Positions 41,600-55,464 of a DNA stretch of 64,000 nt are shown piece by piece (position 1 is the first letter of the stretch; every line of letters starts with the position of its first letter). Under the pieces are notes generated by a model, which saw nothing but the letters and a program-made list of their open reading frames with translations, did not search any database and was not told where the DNA came from. Both the position numbers and the translations under genes were made by a program. Source of the stretch: the human T2T-CHM13v2.0 reference genome, Homo sapiens; the NCBI RefSeq assembly GCF_009914755.1, contig NC_060936.1. One strand, 5' to 3'.

Positions 41600-41812
41600 G
41601 ATAACTACCATATGTTGGTTCTTACCATAAAGCTAAGAGCTAAGCAGTCTACATATAGGTGTCTCATTTGGTCTTCCCAACAGCACGATGAAAGACATAT
41701 GTGAGGAAAGTAATGTACAGAGATGTTAGATGACTTGTTTAAGGTCACAGAGATGGTGAATTGTGGAGCCTGGGTTTGAATCTAGGTTAGTCTGACTCCT
41801 GAACTGCATTCT
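41600..41812 (-). mobile_element. MIR SINE
   Basis: GATGACTTGTTTAAGGTCACAGAG...GGTTTGAATCTAGG...TCTGACTCC. Confidence 0.7.
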
Positions 41813-42236
41813 ATGCCAGTGTATGAAAGAGTCTTCAGAAAACCACATAGTTTAATGTGAGAAAGTGAAGCTTTAAAAGAGATTCTAGTCCTTTCCAAGC
41901 TAAGTTTAATTTAGGGAGGCAGGGAGTGTGTACACTGTGCAGAAAATACAGTTCTTACCTGAGGGTATCACAGTCCCCATTCAGTTGACATTCAGCAGAA
42001 GATCAACTCAGTTGTTTGGCTATCTCAGTTCAGCAAGCTCTTCTAAGCCAGAGGTTGGAACATAAAAATGATTGAGACATCTCTCCGCCCTTGTGTCCAG
42101 TGGAGGGGCAGGTTACATAAATAGATGTTTGTGAAAATCAAAGTAGAAGCTCAGTCCTAGAGAACTCTGAGGATAGCCTGTGAGCTGCAAGTCTGAGGAA
42201 GCCGAAAGGAGAATGGTGAGTAATGGGAGTTTCCCT

Positions 42237-42348
42237 AGGGGTGACCAGCTTGTCTGGTTTGCCTGGGACTTCCCCAGTTTTAGTACTAAAAGTCCCACAT
42301 CCTAGGTGATCCCTTAGTCCCTGGCAAACTGAAATGGTTGACCACATA
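42237..42348. mobile_element. MER81 hAT-Blackjack MITE
   Basis: AGGGGTGACCAGCTTGTCTGGTTTGCCTGGGACTT...AAAGTCCC...GGCAAACTG...GGTTGACCACATA; palindromic. Confidence 0.8.
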
Positions 42349-42992
42349 AGTTTCTGCTGGTTTGGAGAATTGCTAATTTCCATTAGGGAACTGGGGGATT
42401 CCTAGTCAGTCCTTGTTGAGAAATTAATATTCATGAGCATCACCCTAAAAATGATAACCTAATCTTCTATGAGAAATATTTTAGTTAAGCAAGCTTGATT
42501 TGCTACTGTTTTCAATTGGGAGTTCAATAAATTTGCTTTGTTTTCTTGTGTGGTAGGAATCCATGTTGTCATCAGGGATCTTGCAAACTCAAGTGTGAAG
42601 ACAGAGGCAATCCTGCATGGGTCCCATCAAGATAATGGGCACACAAACTGCTTGTGAGGGAGCAGACTGTTTAATGAATAAGGAATTAGGTTACACAGGC
42701 ACCATGTTCAAAAGTCAGCTGGCAGAGTTTCAACAACCTCGTCATCACTAGAACAGTCCTGGGTGTGCAATCCTATAATGCCTGGGCAGGGTGACCAGGT
42801 TTAATGTACTCTTTTACAGCTCATGGGTATGGGGCTTATCACATGCTTCAGCAAGAGCACCCTTTTATTATTTTGAAACTTATAGTGTCACCTTAACGTT
42901 TTATGACAAGCCTTGTCCATCACATCACCACTATAAAAATGTCAATAACTTAGAGAGTTGCTTTTTCAAATATTTTGTCACATAATTAAAAT

Positions 42993-43166
42993 TTTATTCT
43001 TCTTTTCACTTTTCCTTTTTTCCTCCCTTGAGAGCCCTTCTTTATTTTTCTTTTTTTCTTTCTTTTTTCTTTTCTTTTTTCTACCTCTCTGTCTTCCTTT
43101 CTCTTTTTCTTTCCCTTTCTCCCTCCATCTATCCTCTCCACTTTCTTTTATCCTTTCTTCCTTTTT
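42993..43166. repeat. CT-rich low-complexity (polypyrimidine) tract
   Basis: About 170 nt, almost entirely C/T. Confidence 0.85.
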
Positions 43167-46100
43167 GAAGGAAGAGGGGATTTTGATTCTCTTCAGATGC
43201 AACTCTCCTTCCCTGTCACATGCATCTTCTCAAAAACTTAAGCTAGGAGGGTGACTTGCTGAGACCTTAACTAGAGTTTTGTTTTCATTTCCGTACCAAG
43301 AAGTCTCCCTGAGTATCTTGCATCAAAGGAGGTAGATGAAAAGGGAGTTATTGGCCAAAAGAAATGGCATGCATCCTTCTTGCTCTTCTAAAGAATGTAC
43401 AGGTCTTCGATGTTCTATGGCCTGGGTACATCCTGAGGGGCCCTTAAGTTCTAATATTGGTGATGAGAAATAGCATGATCTCTTTTGTGTTGGAATGAAA
43501 GAGAGGAGCTGGATTCTGAGGAGAATTGAAAGTTTTTGTCAATTTTGTTTTTTTGTTGTTATTGAAAAGAGGGGGAGGGGTTGGGGAGAGAAGGGAAAGA
43601 CGGGCAGAGCTCGGGTAGTGGGACACTTCTAATACTTGAGTCCTATCCCTAAGTTAATTCTGATATCGTCAGTAGTTTCAGAGTTTCTAGGATCACTGAC
43701 TCCAGAAAAGGGCTGCATCGAAGGTCCTCTTATGAATGCCTAGAGCAACTTGATTAGAAAATCCATCTTTATACCCCTTCTTGGAGACCTATTAGTAGTT
43801 CTGGCTGTCCCAACATAACAGCAGAATCCTACTCTGATCTGGGTTTCTGGAAGCCCCCTGTGAACCATCATACCCTGGATGACAAACTCCAGTAGCACTG
43901 GGGAGAGAGCACTTAATGACAAGTAGACCCCCGAAGGGCTATAGAAGGAGCTTGTTTATCTTAAATATGGGTGGGATGGGGGGGAAATGGGGCACTTTTG
44001 TACACCTTGAGAGATCTGTGGGCAGAAGAGACAGGCTACCTCTGTTACACACTAAGAACTGACAAGAATGAGACAATAAAACACTCCGTTACACACTAAA
44101 AACTCATAAGAATGAGCCTTTACACATATTGTCTGTGTTAGGAGTATATGGGAGACTGGCACCTACTAATGGAAAGGAAGAGTGGAAATTCTAGCTCTGT
44201 TGTCTTCCAGTAGCCATTTACCTGCCCTGTAAAGGTGGCTCTCAACTCAAGACTCAAGAGTCTCTGTTCTTGAGGTTCTTTTTGTTTGTTTGTTTTTGTT
44301 TTTTAATTTGTGATGTGATCTCTTTGAGTTTCTTAGTGTGATTCTTCTGTTTTGTAATTTAGGAAGCTGCTACACTTCTGGGGATGATAAATATTATTTA
44401 AATTAAAAATTACATTCAATTTTAAACTGACTTTTTAGAAAAATTCCATTTAAACCTCCCACCTCATATATAAGGATAGTTCCCACACTTGGGACCTGAA
44501 CTTCCAATTGAATTCAGATGACTGAATGTATCCTGCAAATAATGCACAGAGCTTATGAGAAAAAGTCCAAACTCTCTCTGCCATGGGCGTGAACCGTTGA
44601 ACCATGATACCTCATTACCTTCACACTCTGGTTACTGTTGGAAAAATTAGACTGCCTAACCAGTTTAACCAGACAGGCCTCCAGGAAGTGACCCTTTCTC
44701 CTCCCCTCTTACCCACTTAAAACCATAGATTCTTGATTACTTTTAAAGGAAGAAAATCAGTTCCTTGCCAAAGGATTTTATGACTGTGTTAACTAGTCAA
44801 TAAACGAAGTGACTATGAAAAAGAACTTTTCCACCCCTCTACTGGAGAACAATGGAATCACCAATCATCATACAATAGTGATTTTACACTCACAATTTCA
44901 ATTCTGCCAACAGCGGAGAATTTCTCCTTTGCCATAGGAACATGATTAAATTTTACTTAATTTCTCTGTAGGATGCCTGAGAAAAATACCACCTTGAATG
45001 AAGGAACATTTAAAATAAGCACTTTGAATAAATAGAATGTCTTTTTATAGGATCAAATATGTCCCATTTTGGAAAATAGCTAGGCACAAAATATTGGGTA
45101 GCTCTATCATTGAAATTTTGGTTTAGGAATGAAAAAAAAAGCATAGACAGTAGGGAAAAAGAAAAAAAAATTATTCCCCCCTTGCTGAAAATTTTACTGT
45201 GGGCAAAACTCCCATGTTTTTGATGGTAGTAAGACTCCAGTCTTGGGGCTTGGCTTGAAAAGTATGAAAAATAACCATAAAATAAAATATATTAGAATTA
45301 GAAATAATGGGAACATAGTGACTATGATTTAAGTCTTAAGTCCAAGTCTTGGGGCAAGAATATTTACTTTACTGAGCTGTGGTATAAGAAATACTAGCTC
45401 TCCCTGCTCCCCGCCAAAAAAGAAAAAAAAAACTTTATATTGATTTCCTTCAACTAATTCCTAGGATGCTGTCTTGAGTATTGTGCATGTACCCAAATTT
45501 GTTTGAGGTAGTAAAGTAGAAACTAATGCCATCTCATATATGGGAGAGGAAATGAATAAAACATAGAAATTCCTCCCTTTCTTTCTACCTACAGAGACAT
45601 TTTCTTCCTGGGGTAATGTAATATCCAACTAAAACAGAGGCACAAACCAAAACCTAGGCCTGGGTCTGAGATACTATGAAAACAGTGCGGTAACATAAGC
45701 TTCTCACTGATAGTCCGAATACAAATATTTAAAAATTCAAATGGATAGTCAGGTTTTGTATCTATAAACACAACATTTGTTAAACATACAAGCATGCTAT
45801 TAAAAATCACTGTACAAAAATATCGAATACTCATTCATCTTACTTTGAAACACTAATAACACTATTTATTGACATACTGGTTCTGTATTACATAAAGGGC
45901 AGGGATTATACTAAGGAAGAAGAGATAATAATGAAAATTTTATAAATGTTTTCTTAAAGGATCTGATCAAAATCAGTTTTTGCAAGGCTATAAATTAAAA
46001 AAAATTGGCAGAAGGAGTAGGCAAATTACAGTGTTCAGGAATTTTATTCTTCCGCCCTTGTTTTTCAGTGCTGAGAAGCACAATCACCCTCAACCCTGCA

Positions 46101-46472
46101 GGGAGATGGAATGCAATTCTTTTCTAGGCTTGAAAACTTCTAAAAATACTTTCAGTGCTATAATTTCTGTTTATAGATATATACCAAGAATAAAAATTAA
46201 ATAAATTTAATGGCATCTCATCATATTGCAATGTATACAAACTATCTTGCAAAATATTCAAAGGTGGTTTATGATGGGGAAAAGAAACCTTTATGATGGC
46301 AATATATAGATAAGCAGAAGTAATTCAGAAAAAGCAAGTCAGACCAGACACAAAAAAACATCTTGGATTTGCTGACTATAAAAGTCATTATACTATACAC
46401 TCTTTGAAGAAACTAAAAAGCCAGCAGTGGCTTTGATGAAGGGAATAGGGCATAAAAGTGAGAAAGGTGTAA

Positions 46473-46836
<364 letters not shown>

Positions 46837-47009
46837 TCCTTCATTTATTTTTCAACAAACATTTCTCAAGCATCTATGATTGTGTTAGGTCTTCTGTGGA
46901 TGAGGATGGCTGGACAAGAGAATATATCCAAAGGCAGAGGAGAAGCATCTGAAAAGATAGGCTCAGTTTAGACTGCCGACAATACTGAATGTCAGACTAA
47001 ATTATGATA

Positions 47010-47245
47010 ATAACTAATATTCATTCATTTAGTGCTTGGCTTTTCTAAATGATTTTTGTATACTGACTGAATTCTTTCAACTACCTTAGAGGTAAGTGCT
47101 ATTATTACCTCCTTATTATAGGTAAGGAAACCAAGGCACTGAGACCCTGGGCAAGTTTTTTAATCTCTCAGTGCCTGGCAGAGTTAGAATTTGAATTCCA
47201 GGGAATGTGGTTTTACAATGTGTTTTTGACCGTGATGCTACACTG
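47010..47245 (-). mobile_element. MIR SINE containing an internal micro-inversion
   Basis: GGTAAGTGCTATTATTACC...GGAAACCAAGGCAC...TGGCAGAGTTAGAATTTGAA. Confidence 0.75.
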
Positions 47246-47819
47246 TGAAATGATTTCAACTTTATTCTTCAGGCCATCAGGACCCATTTTGCTGTTGGGC
47301 TTAGTTTTTCTTTTTTCTTTTCTTTTCTTCGTCAGTTCCCTCACCTGTAAAGTAAGAGTAATAATAAAATACCTACCTGACAGAGTTGTAGTGAGGATCA
47401 GATAAGAGAATACATGGGAAATTGTTTTGAAAGTTTACTTCAAATTGCTTTGAAATGTGCCACATGGCATTATGAGTATTGTGTTCAAGTAGTAAATATG
47501 AAACAAGTGTTCAAATAAGGAAAAGCTTGAGTTGTCACTGTTTACCAATGGGTACAGCCTTTGCGATATTAGCAGATATATGTCAGCCCTGAATGAATAA
47601 ATGAAAACATATTAGTAAAGGAAGGACACATTTGAGTGAGAGGAAATAATGACAGCCATAATGGTGATTCTACTGTGGATACTTCGATCTGTGAATCACA
47701 TATTGTTGAGTGCCTATTCTGTAATAGATATCTGACCAGATTCTATATGTGGTCTCTGTCCTCATGTGCTTGCAGTCCGTGACCCTTATGATTTGTACCA
47801 CATTTCATGGCTCATGAAA

Positions 47820-48025
47820 GGCTCTAAAAACCTTTATCACATGTGGTTCTATCATCCCTTGAGAAACCTGCATGGGAGGTAAAATTATTCTTGTTTTTCA
47901 GATCAGGAGTTTGAGGCTCAGAGCTTGAGTGACTTGTCCAATACCACACAGTGGGCAGAAGCATCAGGACTGAAACCCAAATCTCTTGCTCTTCCGAACA
48001 CCATTCTTTCTGCAACACCAGGCTG
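47820..48025 (-). mobile_element. MIR SINE
   Basis: TGAGGCTCAGAG...GTGACTTGTCCAA...GGACTGAAACCCA. Confidence 0.7.
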
Positions 48026-49411
48026 CCTCAATCACCATCATTATCATGATAATAATAGCTGAGCACTTCATGCCAGACATTGTTCTGAGTGCTTACATGA
48101 ATTAGCTTATTCAGCCTTTACAACAAACTCCTGCAAGGTATATCCTGTATTGCCTTTGTGAAGTACTAGGCTGTGTGTTGAAGTAGAGTGATGTCCTTTG
48201 ACACACGTTGGCAGACTTTTCTTAGCTTGATATTACCTTCTCTGAGGACATTCAATTCTATAATTAATGAATCTGCACACTGGAGGTAAGAGGTGGGGGC
48301 TTGGAACAGGAAAGTCTTTCCAACCTGATGTGATATTAACAGTGGAAAGGAACATTCCTTCTTCCGAAAGGAGAAGAAAGATTAGCACTGTCCATAGTTG
48401 AAATCTCCTCCTCAAAAACACAGCTCTGTGTTCCTTCTATAGCAGTAGTAGCCTGGCTAGATCACTGGAGAATCAATCTCACAGCTAAGTCTGCCTCTGT
48501 TACCTCAAGATGTGAAAAAGCTGAGATGGCCCCTTCCTTGACATACTAGCCTGGATCAAGGTAGAACATGAATAGCAGAAAATGGAACAAGTGAGTGACA
48601 GCCCTCAGCCAGAAAACTGAAACGTGGCACCCTTTGACCTTATCAGTAAAAGTTCTTTTTAAGAAACAGAAGGATTGTTCAAGGGAACAACGAGAACTGA
48701 TAATTGATGATAATTAAACAGTCATAGGGAGAATGAAAGTTAAAAAATAAACTCTAGGACATTTATCGAGACCTTTATGGGGGTGAAGGTCACAGCCTAT
48801 ATTTAACAGCAAATTTCCAAAGACATTTAATAGAAAAGAGAAACTCTTGAGATATTTGATCTCCTCTTCATTCTAACTCCTCAACCCTGTAACCCTGGGA
48901 CCTCAGCCGTGGAATACACATGTGTCAAATCAGGTAACTGAGACTGTCCTGGTGTTGCATGCCTCTTCTGCCAAGGAAGAACTGAGAATTGCATACTCAT
49001 TTGCTCAGTAAAATGCCATGCTAAAAGTCTAATTTGGAGAACCAATACCTTGTTTTTTCTAATGGTATATTGTCTTCTCAATTCTAGAAGGGTGTGTGTG
49101 TGTGTGCATATTTGGTGGTGGAGGAGGTAAAGGAGGGTGTGGGTTGGCGTAGGGAAAAGGCTACTTCTCCATGTTAGGAGTAAATTTTTATTTTTTTGAT
49201 TCTATCATTTAATTCACTTAATTTCTTTAAAAGTACAGTTTTTCTTTTCACTAGCAGTATTCCTGAGAAATCAAAACAACTGATTAATCTTATTTTTTAA
49301 ATGTTCAATGTATTGACAATAGAGGAGAGACAGATAACCCTGTAGCCAAAGTGATGTTGAACACTCGAAGTCAATTTTAGTTTAAAAAAAAAAGAAAAAC
49401 TTCACACATTC

Positions 49412-49945
<534 letters not shown>

Positions 49946-50130
49946 CAAATGTATTTTATTGTAAGGAAGAAATACTAAATGAATTAATCAAGTAAAATAA
50001 TATAAATGCAGTTCATTTTTCTCCATAATAAAGAACCATTAATAAACTGTTAAAACACAATAATTTTCCCTGGGCTTCTGTGTGTGCTCAAGATTCACCA
50101 CCCTTTTCTCTTATGACTTAATTATGACAG

Positions 50131-50640
50131 TGTAGCACGTGGATGTTGCCTTTGACTTCCCAGCATCTTTTCTACCCTCCCCCAGTATGTGGCTTTAGTG
50201 TACTTTGACCTCAGCTTCCAGGTGAACTTTGATTTGCTGTATCCAATCGTAGAATCCTACTCCCCTTGCTAGCAACTGCTTAAGAACCCAGAAGTAAGCC
50301 AATTATTTCATAACTTTCCTCTGGAGCCAGTTAATGGCTCAGGGTTGAATATGTGAGACCTTTTGGCCAAACCAGATTGAGGAAGGACTTATGTTCCGTG
50401 GTTGGGGAAGATGCACGCTTTATTTCCCTTTAGATGTGAGGAAGGGGAACATGTAGCCTGGCTTATCACTGGCAATCATCTTGCAATCACAAAACTGGAG
50501 AGAAGAAAAGAGTATACGTCCTCAATCATATTATTGACTTGCTTGAGAAGCTGTTATGTTTATTCTTCGCTGCACATTCATTTATTTGATCCAATAAATT
50601 TCCTTATTGGCTTTTTAATTACTTGTTTAAAAAATGTGAT
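50131..50640 (+). mobile_element. Old MaLR/ERVL LTR (MLT1K/L-like)
   Basis: TG start; GGCAATCATCTTG; CCAATAAATTTCCTT near the 3' end. Confidence 0.45.
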
Positions 50641-52892
50641 GACATACACAAATAGTACAAGTCTTGGTGATGAACATAGTGGATCTAAAGAGAAACTTAA
50701 AATTCATGAAACATTTGCATCACTTTCTGTAAAAAACAAGTAAATACAGATTAAAATATTATTTCACTTGAAAATTTAAATTTGTACACAATAGATTCAC
50801 TCTCAACACCAGAGGGTGGGGACAATATCTAGGTTTACTTTCTGTTTCCAGTACCTACTATGGAAATTGAATAATTTGTCTCTACAAAATTTAGTTTAAT
50901 TAATATAGTATTTATTATTATGTATTTAGATTGCTTGTATTAACTCAGTGGTTTGAAATATCTTCGGAATTATAACATTCTGTTGCTCAATTTGGATTAC
51001 TTAGAACTCTTAATGAGCTCACAGCTTAGTCGGGGAGACAGCTATAAATAAACATTTATGATATAAAGTGATAGACACAAAAATAAAATGCTTCCAAGGC
51101 GTGGAGGAAGGAGTACCTGGCTCTGACTGCAGTGTGGTCTTGTTGAGGAAATATTTCCTGATAATTGCATTCTTTAAAGTTGTGTAATAGTTTACCTGGC
51201 AGGCATGAGGGTTGGGGAGGTGAAGAGAGGGCCTTCTAGGCTAAGGGAACAGCGCATGCAATAACGCAGTTAAGTAGAAAATAAATCATGGCATGATTAA
51301 GAAAATCTAAGTAGTGTAACATTTTTGGAGAGGAAGAGAAAGGAACCAACATTTGTTGAACAACTAAGTTGTGTTAGGAGCTGAGCTAGATTGATTTAAT
51401 TATTTAATTCTCCCCAAAATTCAAAGATTAAGAATATGCGGTTCAAATGGAATGGAAAATTTGGCTGTTTTGGCACAGCAAGTAAACAGTGGAGCTAGGA
51501 TTTGAATCTGGGTTAGTTTGAGCTAATATTCAGGCTTTCTCACTAAAACATAATTCATATCTGAATCTTAGGTTACGTCTAGGCCATGGCAGGAGATAAG
51601 GTTCAAATTTAGGCAGTGCCTGATAGTAGGATCCCTGTGTGCAGTGGACAGTTGGAAACAAGGCCAAAGTAGAGATGATTTGGCGGGTAATAAACAATTT
51701 GATAGTTATCATCCTACTGGTTGTATTCATCACATATCTGTAGTCACAGTCATCCAATGATACCATTCAGGGTGAGAAGGGAGAAGGCCAAAACAAAGCT
51801 TGAAGAACACCAATAATTAAGGAATATTCATGGAAAAGGAACCAGAGAAAAGAGACTGAGGAAGAGTGACCAGAGAGTTAGGAAAGAGTAGGAGATGGAA
51901 GCCAAAGAGTTTAGAATTTCAGCCTAAAGGTGGCAGTTAAAATGCTTCAGGAGAAGATCACAGGCAATTAAGCTTCAGTAATATAAGTTCTCCCATCTCC
52001 ATTCCAGTAAGTGATGGGTGGATATTATTAAAGGCAATTATTCCCAATCAATTTTTTTAAAAAAACATTCTTGCAAGTAGACTGGCCATCCAATGGGAAC
52101 AAGATATTTCAGGGAACACTGATCTCAGGAATTCTATTGGAATCTCTAAGTTGGAAGATACCTTACCAGTCACCTTTATGTAGTGGATGAACTAGTTGTA
52201 TACTTATGCCCAAACTTGCCCATCCGAGTATACAAGAAACTTATTCCTGATATCACTTAGGTTAGAGGGCTAGAAGACACCTGTCTTTTCTTGTTTACGT
52301 GACCATTTGCTCTTTAGAATATATCAGTAATAACAAAACAATAAACATTTCCAAATTTGTATCATTTTTGAGGTATCTTGTAGGTTTCAGTGCTCTTTCA
52401 TACATATTTATGGTTTGATTCTCTCCTCAAGCTTGTGAATGAGACACAGAAATAAACAGCTCCATTTTACAGATGAGCAAACAAAAGTTCATTGAGGTTA
52501 ATGTAAATTAACTTCAGGTCTCTTAAAGGTTAATTAATCAGGGCAGAAGAAAAAAATCAGCTCCGATAACTAACCTTCTTTTAATCACAGTACCATTAGA
52601 TAGATGATTATATAATCTTGTGTACTGGTCTTTCCCTTTTCCTCACTTTGTTTTATGTAAAGCTTGCTTCTTCAATTCTGCAGTAATCCTCAAAGAATGC
52701 ATTCAAGATTTATATCTCTTCTGGTGGAATCTAACAGTAAAGATGGGCCATGCCCAAGAGTCCTTTGTATGTCAGTTACCTGTAATTTGGACCACATTCC
52801 CTGGCTTGCAGTAGAGATTAAGAAATAAGTGTTGCTTATTTAAGTGAGTGAGCTCGCCTTTGAAGCTGGATAAAATGGTGACAGAGTTCTGT

Positions 52893-53001
52893 TTTTATAG
52901 CATTTAAGAGAGAGATTAAAGAGTCTTCTGGGTAATTTAACCACTATTTTATAGCATTTAGGAGAAAGATTGAAGAGTCTTCTGGGTAATTTAACCACTA
53001 T
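52893..53001. repeat. 54-bp tandem duplication (2 copies)
   Basis: TTTTATAGCATTTA(A/G)GAGA(G/A)AGATT(A/G)AAGAGTCTTCTGGGTAATTTAACCACTA twice; 3 mismatches. Confidence 0.95.
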
Positions 53002-53604
53002 GGAAAGTCAGTCAGGATATGTCAGCCTGTTGAGTAGGCTTTCCTTTGGCTTGAATTCTCCATACAATTCTCTGTCCTGGTCAAACTGATGAGCCATCTG
53101 CTGAGCTTGCCCTTCACAGTGCTCCAGAGAGAAGGTGCTGTAGAACATGGATATCCCATGCCCTACAAACCAAACAATTCATAAAGAAAAAATGCATACC
53201 CAAAGATAGACATGACTTTTTATTTTTCTGACTTTTTTTTTCTTTCTGTAATCTAAGAGCAGTGTTGGAGTTAGATTTTAAGTTTTGACATTTAGATTTT
53301 AGAGATACATAGAATTCATAACTTAAAAAAGAAAAGCTGTCCAAAAATGTAACTTCTATGGATAGAAATCTTCAAATGAACCTGTTTCAGGGGCTGTGGG
53401 CTTGTGGTTTACAAGTTGGTTTTGACTGTTTTCACTGTGGGTCCTCCGATCTTGCCCCTGGCTATTCTTTTTCTCTTCACAGGCATTTCTCAAAGGAAAG
53501 AGGAATACATCTGTGACCAGATTATGATATATCCATCTCATACATAAAGAGACTTGATCTTGCTCCCAAGGTCATGCTATCATGCCCTTATCCAACTGAT
53601 CTAC

Positions 53605-53675
53605 CACACACACACACAAACACACACACACAGACACACACAAACACACACACACGAGAGAGAGAGAGAGAGAGA
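53605..53675. repeat. Compound (CA)n(GA)n microsatellite
   Basis: Direct reading. Confidence 0.9.
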
Positions 53676-54296
53676 CTCATTGTCTTTTCCTTGTCCTTTT
53701 ATGAATGTACATGGAGAAAATTACAGCCTTTATATAGGAACAAAATGCTTTTCTCCCATTCTGTTTTATCTCATTGTTCTTTCCTTGACTCCACCCCCTC
53801 CCTCTCAAACATGATCTGCTTGCCATCCCCATTCAGGCTGGCCTTTTTTAGTGCCTACCCACAATTTGCTGAGTAGGTAATCTGGATAAGGAAATATCTG
53901 CAAGGCCACTTGGCAAGACATGAGATTTTCCATTCTTTGTGAAAATGAATGAAAAGGCAATTATTGCCTCACACTGTTCTGAGTATTCCACAAAGAACCT
54001 CTTCTCTACTTCCTGAACAGAATCCTTGGCTACTGCCTTTTATCTTCAGCCACTCCCTGACTTCTTGGCCTGATGTTATCTGACCAGCACTGAGGCAAGC
54101 ATGTCTTTGGGTCTTGGGAAGTGGCTGTGTTTCTCTGTTGGGAGCAACCATTGTACAAGCAGGAAAACATTTGTCAAATGCTCAATATATGCCAGGAACT
54201 GAAGGATATAGAAGTAGATGAGATGGTCTCTGCTCTTTGCAAAGAGTTCCCTATGTAGTAAGTGGGACTATCATGTAAATAAATATTGCAATTTCA

Positions 54297-54621
54297 GGCT
54301 GGGTGTGGTGGCTCATGCCTGTAATCCCAGCACTTTGGGAGAATGAGGCAGGTGGATCACTTGAGTTCAGGAGTTCGAGACCAGCCTACCCAACATGATG
54401 AAACCTCATCTCCACTAAAAAAATTAAAACAAACAAACAAACAAACAAAAACAGTGGGTATGGTGGTGGGCACCTGTAATCCCAGCTACTCAGGAGGCTG
54501 AGGCAGGAGAATCACTTGAACCCCGGAGGTGGAGGTTGCAGTGAGCCAAGATCGCCCTGCTGTATTCCAGCCTGGGCAACATGACAAGACACTGTATCAA
54601 AAACAAAAACAAAAACAAAAC
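54297..54621 (+). mobile_element. AluSx/Sz-like
   Basis: Perfect 16-bp TSD AAATATTGCAATTTCA (54281-54296, 54622-54637); (AAAC)n linker and (AAAAAC)n tail. Confidence 0.95.
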
Positions 54622-54778
54622 AAATATTGCAATTTCAATTTTGTGAGACTCTCCAATCAAAAGAAGCTTACACTAAGTTTAGGATAGAGAAAAAGAGTCT
54701 GTAACTAGCTTTGGGGGTGGTGGGTAGGGAAGAATTTCTGGAAGAGTTGAGCTCTTTGAGCTAGATCTTGAAAGATGA

Positions 54779-55205
<427 letters not shown>

Positions 55206-55464
55206 TCATATGGGTCTTTGGGGAACATGATCAGATTTGCAGTTAGAAACATCACTTTGACTTAGCCTAGATGATGAATTCAAATGCCAGCGCTGGGACC
55301 AATTAGGTATCTATTTAAATAAGGGCTTGATAAGCTACTGCCAGGGCCAAATCTGGCCCACAAATATCTGTTTTTGTAAATAAAGTTTTATTGGAACACA
55401 GCAACACACATTTGTTTATGTGTTTTCTGTGGCTGCTTTTATACTACCGGGAAAGAGTTGAGTA

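Noticed and set aside
42958-43254. Phe/Ser-rich and Lys/Glu/Arg-rich ORFs
   Set aside because: Artefacts of the CT-rich low-complexity tract.
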